Below the pieces are notes generated by a model. It saw nothing but the letters and a program-made list of their open reading frames with translations, was not told where the DNA came from and did not search any database. From positions 124,001 to 188,000 of the forward strand of contig NIVC01001293.1 in the NCBI GenBank assembly GCA_002269645.1: 64,000 nt of DNA, given 5' to 3'. The translations under genes were made by a program, and so were the position numbers. Positions 35,801 through 48,500 of this stretch are shown here, in pieces. Each line of letters opens with the position of its first letter. Position 1 is the first letter of the stretch. This DNA is from Macrostomum lignano. Lineage: Eukaryota.

Positions 35801-38800
35801 TCGCCTTAGGCGTCTCTCGAAAGATGACGGAGCTGTCGCCCCAGGTGATTGATCGACTGGCACAGGTATCTTTGATCGGCGGCTTCTCCGGTGTGATAAC
35901 TACACTCGCTGTTTTCATCGCCTTAGGCGTCTCTCGAAAGATGACGGAGCTGTCGCCCCAGGTGATTGATCGACTGGCACAGGTATCTTTGATCGGCGGC
36001 TTCTCCGGTGTGATAACTACACTCGCTGTTTTCATCGCCTTAGGCGTCTCTCGAAAGATGACGGAGCTGTCGCCCCAGGTGATTGATCGACTGGCACAGG
36101 TATCTTTGATCGGCGGCTTCTCCGGTGTGATAACTACACTCGCTGTTTTCATCGCCTTAGGCGTCTCTCGAAAGATGACGGAGCTGTCCCCCCAGGTGAT
36201 TGATCGACTGGCGTAGGTATCTTTGATTGGCGGCTTCTCCGGTGTGATAATTACACTCGCTGTTTTCATCGCCTTAGGCGTCTCTCGAAAGATGACGGAG
36301 CTGTCCCCCCAGGTGATTGATCGACTGGCGTAGGTATCTTTGATTGGCGGCTTCTCCGGTGTGATAATTACACTCGCTGTTTTCACCTCTTTGGGTGCCA
36401 GACTTGCCCCTGAGTCAACTATCGAAGGACTGATACTCACTCCTGCCGTTGCCTGTGGTTTTGAAGGCTCCCTAAATTCCAGGCTGCTTTCCTTAACAGC
36501 GACTTCTCTACTAGCGTTAGTTGCCGCTATGACCTGAGCGTCAGTCCTGCAGACAACTAAGCGCTGTTCTGAGACCTTGTTGATATTTACCCAGCTAGTT
36601 TCTATGCTTAAGTCACCATGACAACCAGAATCGATAACGTCACCCCTGGGCTTCGCTGGCAGCGAGTCCAAGGAAAATCGAACGCTCTTTTGTTCTTTGG
36701 CTGCAAAGTCTGTGCTGTCTGTCATCGTGTGGCTGGAAGCTTCACAGGTTTGCGCTTTTTTTGTCTCCATTTGAATTAGCAGACGTCTGGCCTCTTGCAG
36801 CTGAATCCGCTGTTCAAAGAGCTCCTCTTCGCTCATGATACAAACGCTATCAGTCATGGCTGCTGCATCGCGTACTCGAGTCTCGTAGCTGCAGAAGTCA
36901 TCCATGATGCCTCGTCGCGACTCCTGTTTATTTAGAAACAAAGTCGATTTTAATTGTTGTGTAAGGGACTAAAACTATTGGTTTAGTAAGGACAGCACTT
37001 GCATTCGACATTGCATGGACTCTTTTTAACGTATTTTCCTTCTATTTCTACTGTCAGTAGACCATCCAACAAATGTTCAGTATGTGGAGTCATAAATCGA
37101 TAAATAACCAGTGAACCGAACATTTAGAAATATCGGTAACCTTGTTGATTTTCAAATGTGCAGATTGGTTTTTTGCGAAGAAATTTGCAAGTTTTACACG
37201 TAGCTCTTACCTTTCAAAATTAAGTTTAGAATTATTTGTGATAAACGGTACATAGTTTGTTTACCCTGTGCTCTAGCCTTGCGCTCATGACAATTGGCGA
37301 CGGCAAAGGCGATGATGTCATCTGCATGGATCCTGTTGTTGAGCCTCGCTGCTGATGCTGCCCCTTGCCAGAGTCGCTGGTAATCGACGAGCGTCTTGAT
37401 GACACTCGATGGATGTCAAAATCGGCGACATGTTGTTCGGACCTGCCGTGCATCTGCTGCTGCGCACTTTCAATGGAGCGCATCGGGCGGTATGAATTCT
37501 GCTGCTGCTGCTGCTGCTGCTCAGATGAAGATGTCATCGTCATCTCGTAGCTATTGCTCGAGGAAACAAACTGCTTTGTAGTGTGCATAACCTGCAGGTG
37601 TTGGTACTCGCTCGTCTGTCCGGTAAAGCTCTGCATTGAGTGCTGTTGCCCAGTTGCTGACAATGTATTTAGCTGCAAACTGTGGGTGCTGGAAAGTTGC
37701 GAAGAAAACATTTTTAACTTTGGATCGAGCGTTGTGATTATTTGAGTCTAGTCTGAGTTCGCTTACTGCATCAGTAGCTTCTGCCAATCCTCGCCCCAGA
37801 TCTTGTCCACGGAGCTAAGAGCGCTTGACGACTGGGCCAGCAGCTGACCTAACCATTGGTGATTCGAAATGAATTGGTGCAGACTGTCTGTTTCTTCAAC
37901 AGTGATTTCAAACGAACCGCGCACGCCTGGAATATTTGCATTTAGCACGTGATTGACAGCCAAGTAACTATCATGAATAGAGTCCAAATAGAAAAGGAAT
38001 GCGTACTTTTTCCAACTGCATTCGCTAGAATACCATTGATACACGATCGAAAACTGAAGCCTGTGCTGTTGTCTTCCATTTTTAGCAGAATATCCGTTGC
38101 CAATTTCCAGCTTTTGGTGTCAGCTATCAACTGCCAGTTTAACAAGTATTGCTTCAGCATTAGTACATTATCATTAGTAATATTAGTAGTAGTATTAAAA
38201 TAACTAACCACAAAGTCTTGCTTGCTTCGCGACTGAAAATATGACCGCACCAGTGCCCAGAATTTGGCTGTCACCTCTCGGCGAGTCTGGTCGAGGCATT
38301 GCTTCATCCTTTCAACGGAGCTGCGAGTGGAAGAGGGTGTATATAGTTGAGTTCAAAACACATTCACTAAGCCGTAATTTCATCAGATCTTCTTTGCAGC
38401 TATCGTAGACAAAGCGAGTGTTGACCTTATAAAAACCATCGTTCGATCCTACGATTATTTCTATCGAGTTTCTATCTTCCTACATTCAGTACTAACCTCA
38501 TGAAAAATGTGAGAAGTTCAGTGTTCTCAGCGCTGGACGCAAGGTTAATCAGCGGCAGCAAAGCCTTTTCACCGCTGGCTTTGTTGACTCGAACAAAGCC
38601 CGACTTTCCGTACGCCTCGCCGACGACTGTCACCACCTCGCCGGAGCCGATCAGATCCTAAAAATAGTTTTTTAACGCAGTGCATCGTATAGAAAAACGG
38701 TTTTCTTCGAACTGATAAAATTATTTTGACGCAACTGCCGACAGTTAGTCGTCCTTCAATCAGTGAAGAGACTATAGAAATTGCGCCGACTTTTATGATT

Positions 38801-39610
38801 TGTTACGTCACCATAAAGCGAGTTCGTATCGTGTTATCACACCGTTTTTACATACTTTTCGTCGCTTTGTACATCAGTCGTGCATTTGATAGCTCAGTTG
38901 GTGTCAGTGTCAACGAACCACGAAGCAAGTTTAGACTTTGCTTTATGGGTTAGACCCGCATTATTATGAATTGCACAGCCTCAGGCAATGTCAGAAGGAC
39001 TCAGTGCGCAAACCCCAACTACTTTACGGCAGCCGAGCTGCGGATTTGAACCCGAAACTTTATTACAAAGGGTGTCCCTATCAACTATGTGCGTTTGTGA
39101 TATTTTTATGCTGTCGTATCCATGCAGCACCACCCCACATTCATTGCTTACCGATCCGTTAAAAAATGGTTTCACTGTTAGAGCCTTTTCTTTGGCACCC
39201 TTGGCTGTCACAGGCTTCGATGTGCTTGCCGCTTTTAGGCGAAGTTCGTCCAGAGATCTCATTAGATCAGTAATTGAGTCGGCAATTTGCTGAAATTGGA
39301 AATTGAGAATAGTAAACTTCTTCTTGTGCAGGACTCTAAAAAGCAACAGAAAGCAGTTGTCACCTCGATGGTTTCCTTCCATTGTTTGGCGCATTGCCCA
39401 AACGCATCACTGTAGTCGGTCATCTCCAGGTAGATATTCAGCGTTTTCAACGCTTTGGTAACTTTTTCACCGAAATCTCTCGTTTCGTTAGGAAAATTTG
39501 CGTAGCAATGCACGTTCCTAGCATATGTGTAGATTAGTTCGGCCAGTTCGCTGTAGTTCTGAAGCTTTCTGTTGTCTTGCCCGTCCACGGAGACGAATTT
39601 CTACAACGCA
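32685..39610 (-). CDS. Large multi-exon protein: divergent plakin-like helical/SH3 N-terminal part plus long S/T/Q-rich region with 39-aa repeats; 5' end unresolved
   Basis: Exon-like ORFs at about 39610-39362, 39310-39152, 38657-38500, 38325-37770 (split), 37690-37258, 36940-35020, 34800-34470, 33620-33065 and 32970-32685. Several junctions were checked as frame-consistent GT-AG. Splice KPFFNGS|DLIGSGEVVTVVGEAYGKSGFVRVNKASGEKALLPL is SH3-like. Confidence 0.55.
35390..36380 (-). repeat. 117-bp coding tandem repeat (~8.5 copies of a 39-aa unit)
   Basis: KTASVVITPEKPPIKDTCASRSITWGDSSVIFRETPKAM repeated in ORF 35001-36941; period 117 bp. Confidence 0.93.
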
Positions 39611-39699
39611 GAGGTACCAGAATTGAAAACAGGATGTCGCGAGTCTCGCAACCAAGTACATGTACCAAGGGTCAGAGAGAGAAACAAATATCAAGGGTC

Positions 39700-40415
39700 A
39701 AGGGTCAATTGCTTAGATGCCAAGGCTCACGGGGCAATTGCTGGGATGCCAAGGGTCCAGGGGAATTTCTGAGATGCCAAGTGTCCAGAGGGAATTGCTC
39801 AAATGCCAAGGCTTACGGGGGAATTGCTGTGATGCCAAGGCTCGCGAAAGAATTGCTGAGATTGCAAGGGTCCAGTGGGAATTGCTCAGATGCCAAAGCT
39901 CACGGGGGAATTGCTGGGATGCCAAGGCTCACGGGGGAATTGCTGGGATGCCAAGGCTCACGGGGAATTGCTTGGATGCCAAGGCTCACGGGGGAATTGC
40001 TGAGATGCCAAAGCTCACGGGGGAATTGCTGGGATGCCAAGGGTCCAGGGGAATTTCTGAGATGCCAAGTGTCCAGAGGGAATTGCTCAAATGCCAAGGC
40101 TTACGGGGGAATTGCTGTGATGCCAAGGCTCGCGGAAGAATTGCTGAGATTGCAAGGGTCCAGTGGGAATTGCTCAGATGCCAAAGCTCACGGGGGAATT
40201 GCTGGGATGCCAAGGCTCACGGGGGAATTGCTGGGATGCCAAGGCTCGCGGAAGAATTGCTGAGATTGCAAGGGTCCAGTGGGAATTGCTCAGATCCCAA
40301 AGCTCACGGGGGAATTGCTGGGATGCCAAGGCTCACGGGGGAATTGCTGGGATGCCAAGGCTCACGGGGGAATTGCTGGGATGCCAAGTCTCACGGGGGA
40401 ATTGCTGGGATGCCG
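39700..40415. repeat. ~21-22-bp minisatellite with higher-order structure; a degenerate inverted relative lies at ~20740-21060
   Basis: gggggaattgctgggatgccaaggctcac variants. Confidence 0.88.
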
Positions 40416-42581
40416 AAGCACATGAGGATGCGTTTATGCAAAAAATTATTCTTTTCTTTGTTGCCTCTTTTAACGGGGAGCAAAGATTGCTAGTCAAAAT
40501 TCTTGACTCGGTTAACATACGCTGTACTTTCGGCTACTAGGTATTCAAACAAACTTCTGAAACAAGCAAACTCTCAGCACAGCAGCCTGTACTCGTAGCT
40601 ATGTGAATCTCCTTACACTTATCGCGTCTTCCAAGTCCTCTGGGATCTCTAGCGGAGCCATGGCTGACCCCAGTTGCTTGGAATCCCTACCGCTGTCAGG
40701 CCTCGCGCACCGGCAGTGACGATCTCAAGTTAAAGCCTAGTTGTAATTAACTCACTAAATTTGAGTCTGCGCTGGCGTGTCGAGGTATCTTTGTGCTCAA
40801 ATTATATGTTCCTTTTTTAAAGCCCAGCAAGCGCTATACAGTAGGGGCACAGAGGACGAGGGTGGCAACCGTTTTTACTCTGTTAGTCAAGCCTGCCGTC
40901 GCAACTGTACGGCTGTCTATTTTGCCGAGCGTGACTAGGCGCCTGCCAGAGATTCCTATTGTCTGTTTTCTTTGCTCCTGCACTGCGACCTTGTCCATAA
41001 TTTTCTTATTCGGTTTGAAATTGTCTTATGATTCATCGCGTGTGCATTCGAGCTAAAAATTTGCCTGAGGGGGGGGGTAAATTGGAATGTAAAAGAATGG
41101 TGTATGTCGTGGAGTCCTATATAGAGAGCCTGATCTCTTTCTGACCCTCCGGCTTGGCTGAGGCAGAGGCTCTTGAGGAGACACGCCCTGCGAATGGCTA
41201 AGCTTGTCCCGAATTTACCCCCTCCCTCCTCGGAAAACTTGTGGTCGTACAATACCTAAAAACATCTTTTTTTTCTTTACCGACTACCTACCACACTCGT
41301 CTACCGCCATGCATAGATTTTGTCATCATATTAATGCTCTAAATAGAAGTTATTCTAAAAACTGCGAACTGCTCCAAGCGGGAGTATGCATAATTTCTGT
41401 GTGATATATTTCTATCGTTATTTAAAACTCATGTTACAAAATCTTTAAGCTTAATATATACACAATAAACATATGAATTTATATTTATATCTCAAAATGT
41501 GCAAATACGAACACAAAACAATTGATTTACAGTAAAAATCAGGAATCCCAATTGTCACTGACAGTCAAATTGATGAAATTCTATCGATTTCTTAAATACT
41601 CGTAACTCATTTGACCTCGCTTCTTGGAATAATTAATATTCAATATTCGTCATCGTTATTGGTGAATTCTATTATTAGTCGGAGGCCTTTTATAAAGCGA
41701 TAGGCACTCAAATGTTGTTGTCCTTTGATAGTGAATGGCTTTATTATGGTGTGTGAGTTTTATTTCTAACAAATTTTTATTTGAGCTTTTTAACACAAAA
41801 ATCTGCAGAAATTTTGACAGTCTTTAAACTCATAGACTTTATAATTTACCGTCTTTAAACAGATGTGGTCCACCCCTATGCAACGGCGTTCACTTTACAT
41901 TGATTAGTGTCGGGAAGTATTCTTAAAAGTCTGTTTTGCAACGTTATGTTATATTTTACCAGCACATTTCAGTATGGAATTTTGTTATGGTCTGAATATT
42001 TATAATACTCACAGTGAATCTGTACTGGATTTCAGATTCAATAGAAATTTCAATCATCGAAACGCATGCACCTGGTTCTGCACAATCATCTCGCAGTCGC
42101 AGGATCAAGATTGCACCTGTACACTTCGTTAGTGCGTCGAGGTCCCAGTCTGCTCCAGCAGCTCATGGTCGGTTTCGTGTATTGGCCGCCTTGCTGTCTC
42201 AGTAGACTGCTCTGTGTGAGTTGCTTTCCCTAACATTTCCATTCCATGACATTTTTCACTGGTCAGGCTTGGATGTATTCCCCCAAGAGCCAAACTGCTC
42301 TTTGATTATAAAAAATCCCGCAAAATACCCTAACTAGCCCAACTTCTAATATAAGCTACTAATAGTAGTGTAAAAGCGAATCTACATTACAAAGTAATAA
42401 ACCCTCTAAATCATGGTACACTACACTACACTCCCGACTCTTATACTCAATGAATTTTGTCTGAAGTCGATAGGAAATCGCTAGCATTTCGATAAAAGGC
42501 GTATTAAGCATTAAAAATAGGCACTTTACCTGATGTTCTCCACAACCTTCATCTTCCTTTAACCTTCAACAGTGCGCCTAC

Positions 42582-45500
42582 ATGCGCCGGCGCTACAGCA
42601 AAGCAGCTGCGGCAGCAACTGCTCAGAAGAAAAAGAAGCAATCGCAGTCAAGACCCACCCACTTCCTGGCCATGCAGGTCACCAACAAGGAGGTAATTAT
42701 GCAGACTATCAAATAGTAAAGTACTAGCATACTGAGCCCCCCTTGTGGGGCACTATTTACAAAAATAGAAGTTTCAACATGTATTAGTAAAAACATGGAC
42801 TAATGGAAATGAATAAATAAATTGAAATACAAATACCTATTTGTCTATCACTTAAAATGCTGTAGCAATAAGAAGAAAACTCATTCACCCATGACAAATG
42901 ACTCCATAGGAAGACAAATTCCTCCTTCAAGCATCAGTAATTAAATTCAGTCGGCTTATTAATACTCCCGATGCATAGTTAAGACCATAGATCTTATATT
43001 CCCTAGATAAGCCACTCACGACCATAAGCACACCCATAGAGCCTTCGTCTTTCTTGAAGATTTTGCGACCACGGTATCAGGTCAGTAGCTTGTGCGCGTA
43101 TTAATGGTTTTTTAATAATTAGATGGCAGGCGCAAGCCATACTTGCTTGCAGTCCGTGTAGCCCTTGTTTCGGAAAAAGGCTATGCCTGAATCCTATGAC
43201 TGAAAGGAGATTGACTTCAGGGTTGCTTAACGCTTTAATCCACTTCTGAGCAGCAGAGCCACTCCTAGGGAAGTTGTGCAGCGACATTTTGACTCAATTA
43301 CTTGTTGGTGGTGGCAATTTATGTATGCTGCAGCCCCGAATTCAGCGCTCTTTCGCCCATTTGTTTGATAAGCAAAGCGCAAGGTCGCGACGACCAGTGA
43401 CTTTGTGTCTGTTGCGAATATTCTTGTAACCACGAAAGAAATATGTCTATGTCCCTTTAAGCTACTGACCTCAGACTTTCTCAAACGCTGTCGTCTTAAA
43501 TAAATTTTTCTTGCAATTCGCGTGGTCGGTCTTTTCCTATTGAATGCACCAAGAGTGGCATATCTAGGGAATATAAGATCTATGGTTAAGACCCATAGAT
43601 TAGACTTCCAAAATTTCATATTAAAAAATAATCGAAAGATAAAAAAACACCAAAGAACCAAACGAAGACTGTCAGTATCTATATTTATATTTTGATTTCA
43701 ATGATGCAAACATATTATATATTTATATTTTATATTTTAATTCCTTCAAACCACTCAGTTGAGCAAAAAAAGCCTCTATGTGTCTCACAATATCACAATC
43801 ACAAACATCGCAAGAGTTTCACGGGCTTTCTAGGAATTCACTCACACTAAATAAGTTGAATCTTGATTCTGCTTACGCCTAGTTGATGGCTCTGGAGTGC
43901 TGGTCACTGGCTGCTGTTCATTTCGATTGAATGTTAACTGTAACAAAAGGAGTTCGGTAAATATATACAAATTGACTTGTTATATGAATTACTTTTTTAT
44001 TATATAAATAGCAATTAAATAATGCTTACCGATATTTCTCCAAATCGTAGCTGGATCTGCTCAACACTCCCGTAGTGCTGCAGAGCTTCTGGTGGATGCT
44101 CATAGACCAAAACCCTTGTACTGTCAGGCTGATGTGTTTGCGACTGCTGTTCCATCATGGACTGCGACGCCATAACGGGAGAGAACCCTAGTTCCTCTTT
44201 TTGGGCTTCATTAAACCACTTGCTCAACGATTTGTAATCATCAGAGTCGCATTTTCTAGCTTCCGTGCAGGTTAGCGTCACCATCCCGGCATATTCATGC
44301 ATCGCAGCTCTTCTGATCTCCAGAATGTCGCCGATGGACCACCATTGAACCTGGTCAGCTTTGTCGCCCCAGAATGCGCATTCCACGGACGACTTTGAAC
44401 TGTCCACCAGGGTCACCTTACTTAAGGCAACCATGCTCTGGTCCTTCTTCTGGACTTCTTTTCTTGGTGTGACAGCGGTTATCACCCCGACACATTTACA
44501 AGCCTGTAAAATTCGAATTTGGATAATAAATTTATAAATTCAGCAAAATTTTTATTGCCCATAGAATGCAAAAAATTAGCATATAATATTTGCTTACTTC
44601 TTCGAAGCCAAATTGCCTTTCAAAAATGTCTGTGAACTCAACTTGACGAGAGCTTACTAACTCATTGCTTAAAACGATACTGCCTTTGGAATCCATAGAC
44701 AGGGACACCTCCAACTTGTCAGTTCTGTTGTAGGTTGGATTCGACGACTTCACAAACCCGCCAGCAATGTGAACAACCTGGGCGCTCTTGCAGATGTCAT
44801 GCAGTGGCCGTAGCTCTTTGCCGAAGACACTGACCCGAATTTCGGCAGTCTCGTCTCCCAGAACAAAGGAGAACACCTGCGCTTTGCCTCCTTTGCTTTT
44901 AAAGTCCGAAACATTGCAGGGCTCTCCAATCACTCGGCCAGTAAAAGAACCTTGCATAGGGCCCAGCCGCAAGCCTTCGATGGACAGCTTCGGACGCTGG
45001 GACTCGCTCGCGTAATCGGTACCGGTGGCCATTTCTTGAAATTGATTGGAAAATTGACAGTAAAATCAATTAATATACTTAATAAATTCGATGCTGAAAA
45101 AGACTACATGTATGCACCGATTCAAAATTTTGCCCTTTAAGCAACAAAAAATAAGTTTAACTTACGAGAAAATGATCGCTGATGAATATTGCGAACTCGA
45201 GAACGAGATGAATAACAGATGAAAGACTGCCGTGAGTGCCAATTTAAGTAAATTATTTGGTACACTTGATTTGAATTTCTGGGAAGTTAGCTCGGCAAAC
45301 AAATGGTTAACAGAATAAAATAAGATTTGAACTTCCAGCAAATCATAAAACCCCCATACTTACCCATACCCAAATCCTTAGGGGCCACACAGCAAGTAAT
45401 AATACAGCTATACAGCTAACACCAGACGCTGATTCATCTCACTGCCACCCCCAGCCAATCGACCCCCCGCCTGGCCAGCTGCAAGGCGCTCTAAGACTTA

Positions 45501-48500
45501 GTGCCAATAAAGTTGACTCTCAGAGCACGTACATTTCACTTTTAACTGCCATATACACCTGTGTATTAAACGTACGTATGTATTATATATTATGTACGCA
45601 CCTTGGATTTTCCTTTCGTTCTAGAATATTCTAGAAAGGAACCCGTAATATCTTTTCTTTCTATATACTAATTTTGCACTGTATTCGTGCGTGCGTGCTG
45701 ACTGAATTTCAATTGTGATAAAGATTGCATCACAACAAGTTGAAAGCAGTGTCGAAGAAATGCACACACGACTTGATTTAAATTGCGTAACCATATTGCT
45801 AACTTAAATTGAGACTGATACATGGCTGACTGAATTTCAATTGTGATAAAGATTGCATCACAACAAGTTGAAAGCAGTGTCGAAGAAATGCACACACGAC
45901 TTGATTTAAATTGCGTAACCATATTGCTAACTTAAATTGAGACTGATACATGGCTGACTGAATTTCAATTCTGATAAAGATTGCATCACAACAAGTTGAA
46001 AACAGTGTCGAAGAAATGCACACACGACTTGATTTAAATTGCGTAACCATATTGCTAACTTAAATTGAGACTGATACATGGCTGACTGAATTTCAATTAT
46101 GATAAAGATTGCATCACAACAAGTTGAAAACAGTGTCGAAGAAATGCACACACGACTTGGTTTAAATTGCGTAACCATATTGCTAACTTAAATTGACACT
46201 AATACTGGCTGACTGAATTTCGATTCTGATAAAGATTGGATCACAACAAGTTTAAAACAGTGTCGAAGAAATGCACACACGACTTGATTTAAATTGCGTA
46301 ACCATATTGCTAACTTAAATTGAGACTGATACATGGCTGACTGAATTTCAATTATGATAAAGATTGCATCACAACAAGTTGAAAACAGTGTCGAAGAAAT
46401 GCACACACGACTTGGTTTAAATTGCGTAACCATATTGCTAACTTAAATTGACACTAATACTGGCTGACTGAATTTCGATTCTGATAAAGATTGGATCACA
46501 ACAAGTTGAAAACAGTGTCGAAGAAATGCACACACGACTTGATTTAAATTGCGTAACCATATTGCTAACTTAAATTGACACTGATACTGGCTGACTGAGA
46601 AATTGATTATGTCATAACTTCTTACTCTAACCGAATTGCTATAAGAATTGAATTATAAGGGCCCCAATTAATGTTCTCCAATTGACAAAAGATAGCATAG
46701 ATGCGAACAGACTGGACTGCTAATGCAGCGACCTGGGTTCCAATCTTACGAGTAGTAGTGCAAAAAGATTTTTTTATTAAAACACCTAAAAACACAAAAT
46801 GCTAAACACAAAAAAGCACAATGTCAAACAGACAGACAGACAGACAGCAGAATTACAAAATTTCTCCTTCATAAATGATCGCAAGAAAAAGCGATGGAAA
46901 TACCACCAAAGAAACAAACGAAGACGTCACCATATATATTTATATTTTGATTTCAATGATGCAAACATATATTTTTATTTTATATTTTAATTCCTGCAAA
47001 CCACTCAGTCGAACAATGAAAAAACAAAGGCAGAGTGACGAATGACGAAAAAGTTAACTACATTGTCAGCACAGCTTTCAATACGACATTTCTTGTTCGC
47101 TTTCCATTGGCAATCACTTTCACTTTTCCATAGTTTTTTGCACGGCTTAGCGCCACATACAGCTGGCCGTGCTGAAAGCAAGACATACCTAAATGCATAC
47201 CAAAAGCATCAAGAGATTGACCTTGGCTCTTGTGAATAGTGATGGCGAAGCACAAACGCACCGGAAACTGCAACCGCCTGAACTGTACCGGGAGATCCGC
47301 AGCGCTGGGCTCCAGGCCGATTCGCGGCAGCATCACAACCTCGCCCTTGAAGGCACCAGAGGCGATCCGGCACACCAGGACGTTGGACTGCATCTTCGCT
47401 ACGATCAGCCTGGTGCTGTTGCAGAGCCTGAGTGGATGCAGGTTCCTCAGCAGCATCACAGGCACTCCGACCTTCAGCCTGAGTAGGTGCTGCGGCAGTC
47501 TAGGTGGGTTCAGGCCGTTAAGCACCTCGCTGGGGAACACGGTCACCGCCTCTTCGTCATTCGGCACCGAGTCAAAGGACCGGTACTCGACAGCGTCTCC
47601 AGGAAACAGAGCCATGCAGGCCTCGTTGATCTCGTCCACCGTCTTGTTGTGCGGAGCCAGAATAGCCCTTGACTCGAACATGCGCTCCCGCTCAGCCGTC
47701 TGCTCGAAGCTCGGGAAAAACTCGCCAATCAGATCGCTGGTCTGCGCTCCATCTGGCATGCAGATCTCCGCTGGCAGCTGCACGTTGCCTTCGTCATCTT
47801 CAGGCAGGCAACCCTCACCGACCTAAATTAAACTACTGGTCTGCAAATTTCACTGTTACAAAAATCGATGACAATAGGGTGGATGCCGAAAAAGCTTACC
47901 TGCAGCAAAAATTCTGCGTATCGAGCAGATGCAGAATCTTCGCCATCGGTCAGGAGTCGCGAATTCCGAGTCAGCCAATGCTGTCTAAATCCACGCCACA
48001 GCGGACTCTGGTTGATGCAGGTCTCCACAGTATTCGCTGCAGTGCCGCCCTTGACAACAGCCAGCAGCTGTCTGAAGTCACCAGCCAACACAACAACCAG
48101 ACCACCGAAAGGCCTGTCAGCAACCAGGTCTCTCAGGCTTCTTTCCACCGTCTCCAGATCCCTTCTATGCGTCATGGCAGCCTCGTCCCACACAATCAAC
48201 CTTGTGCGGCGCAACTTTTTAGCCAGAGCAGTTTGCTTGCCGATGGCGCAGAAGCTCATTTCCGGTCTCACCAAGCAAACCGGAATCTTGAACGCCGAAT
48301 GCGCAGTTTGGCCTCCGGGCAGCAGGGTCGCCGCGATGCCTGTGCTCGCCACCGCCATGGCCAGCTCACCGCGGGACCGCACGTAAGCCAGCAGCAGCTC
48401 CAGCAGGTAGCTCTTTCCAGTTCCGCCAGCAGCATCGATGAAGTGCATTCCACCATTGCCACACTGCAAGCTGTGCAATTCGCTGCAATTTGCACTCATA

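Noticed and set aside
35404-36216. Hydrophobic plus-strand repeat ORF resembling a membrane protein
   Set aside because: Antisense shadow of the 117-bp coding repeat; the minus-strand ORF extends well beyond the repeat on both sides.
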